This document shows, piece after piece, positions 62,957 through 64,000 of a DNA stretch of 64,000 nucleotides. Source of the DNA: Antedon mediterranea (lineage: Eukaryota > Animalia > Echinodermata); assembly GCF_964355755.1 (NCBI RefSeq), contig NC_092673.1, forward strand, positions 5,952,001-6,016,000. The letters run 5' to 3'. The translations under genes and the position numbers were made by a program. The notes beneath the pieces were generated by a model. The model was not told the origin of the DNA. It was given only the letters and a program-made list of their open reading frames with translations, and made no database searches. The number at the start of each line of letters is the position of its first letter. The stretch's first letter is position 1.

Positions 62957-64000
62957 AACTGATAAAAAAAGACAGTAGTTAAATCATACATCAAACAAAA
63001 ATATAATAATGGTGTAGAATAAACGAGTATTACTTCCTATTTTTAACAAACTGGTTGTATTTTGTAACACATTTGTAGGCCTATTTGTAATCAAATGTTC
63101 TATCGTATTTCTGTATTTTGTAATAACACTTTCAATAACTGTGTTCTGCTTGTCTTTCTCTGGATAAAATAACAACGCATGGTGTTAAAAAGTATTGTTT
63201 GCTGTTTGGTTTATTATGTTACGTATTGTAGGAAGCTCAGGCCTAAGGCAGATTTGTACAATGTATTATGTGTGGTACAGTAAGCTTGGTGTAGTATATA
63301 CGAAGGATGTTCTTTATCAACATGTTCATCGTTATCATAACATTTGGTAAGTTATTGTGGGAGTTTAGTTGTTATATTTCAGTAGGGTATCTATATATAA
63401 ATTATGGTTAATTCTGACATAGGCGAGCACAATGCAAAAACTTCGGTACAAATCTCCGCCTTGGATACCTACCTTATCTATCCGAGATGTACCGCGAAAC
63501 GTAGATTTGATAACATTAGTGTGCACGCCGACGCTATTGTTCCATATTTATATCTTAGGAAGATATTATAAAGAGTTTTTTAACAACATTTATGATTTCA
63601 ACATTAGATTTTCCTCTCAATTTCAATTCTTCCCGGTCAAAGTAATTTCCGGGTTTAAGATAAGTTCACCTTGCAATGACCTGGTTTCAAATATTTTCTC
63701 TCTTTTAAACACAAGGGAGCAGTTAAAATAATAGATTTGACCCTAAAGGTGACTGGAAACAGGCACTTTCCATCAATCAATACAGTGTCCCTTTGGAAGA
63801 CGAAAAAAAAAATCAGATAGTAGGAGTCTTTGTTTATTTTAAAACATACTACGCGTGTGTGAAGGTACAGTAGTTAAATTATACTGCAAATTAATAAAGA
63901 TCAAATTAAATATACGTCATAAAGAATCAGAATATATTGTGGAGAATAGTATTATAAAATTACATAGGGAGATTTGATGATAAGACATTTTTCGAGTGAA

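Noticed and set aside
63432-63731. 99-aa ORF or an upstream CARD/DED exon of the caspase
   Set aside because: No recognisable domain and no clean spliced frame on the minus strand; left unresolved at the window edge.

Overview
AT-rich, intron-rich animal DNA; a deuterostome invertebrate such as an echinoderm is an inference from the SINE type and gene set. I assembled exons by hand from GT-AG sites and reading-frame continuity. The window holds six genes: (1) a 29-coding-exon, ~1541-aa Ig-superfamily receptor on the minus strand (signal peptide, 8 Ig, 5 FN3, S/T-rich stalk, TM, ~180-aa tail ending in the PDZ-type motif -RTTL); (2) ACBD6 (+); (3) EDF1/MBF1 (-); (4) TRUB2 (+); (5) a group III secretory phospholipase A2 (-); (6) a caspase (-) with intact SHG/QACRG motifs but two apparent lesions. 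Introns and intergenic DNA carry many small mobile elements: TTAA-flanked MITEs, Harbinger-type MITEs, a Helentron-like element, tRNA-SINEs and an L2 fragment. There are also an 81-bp and a 16-bp satellite, a nested transposon cluster forming a kb-scale palindrome at 56-60 kb, and several tiny hairpins flanked by 7-bp direct repeats that look like P-element-type excision footprints. No database searches were run, so family names rest on motif recognition.
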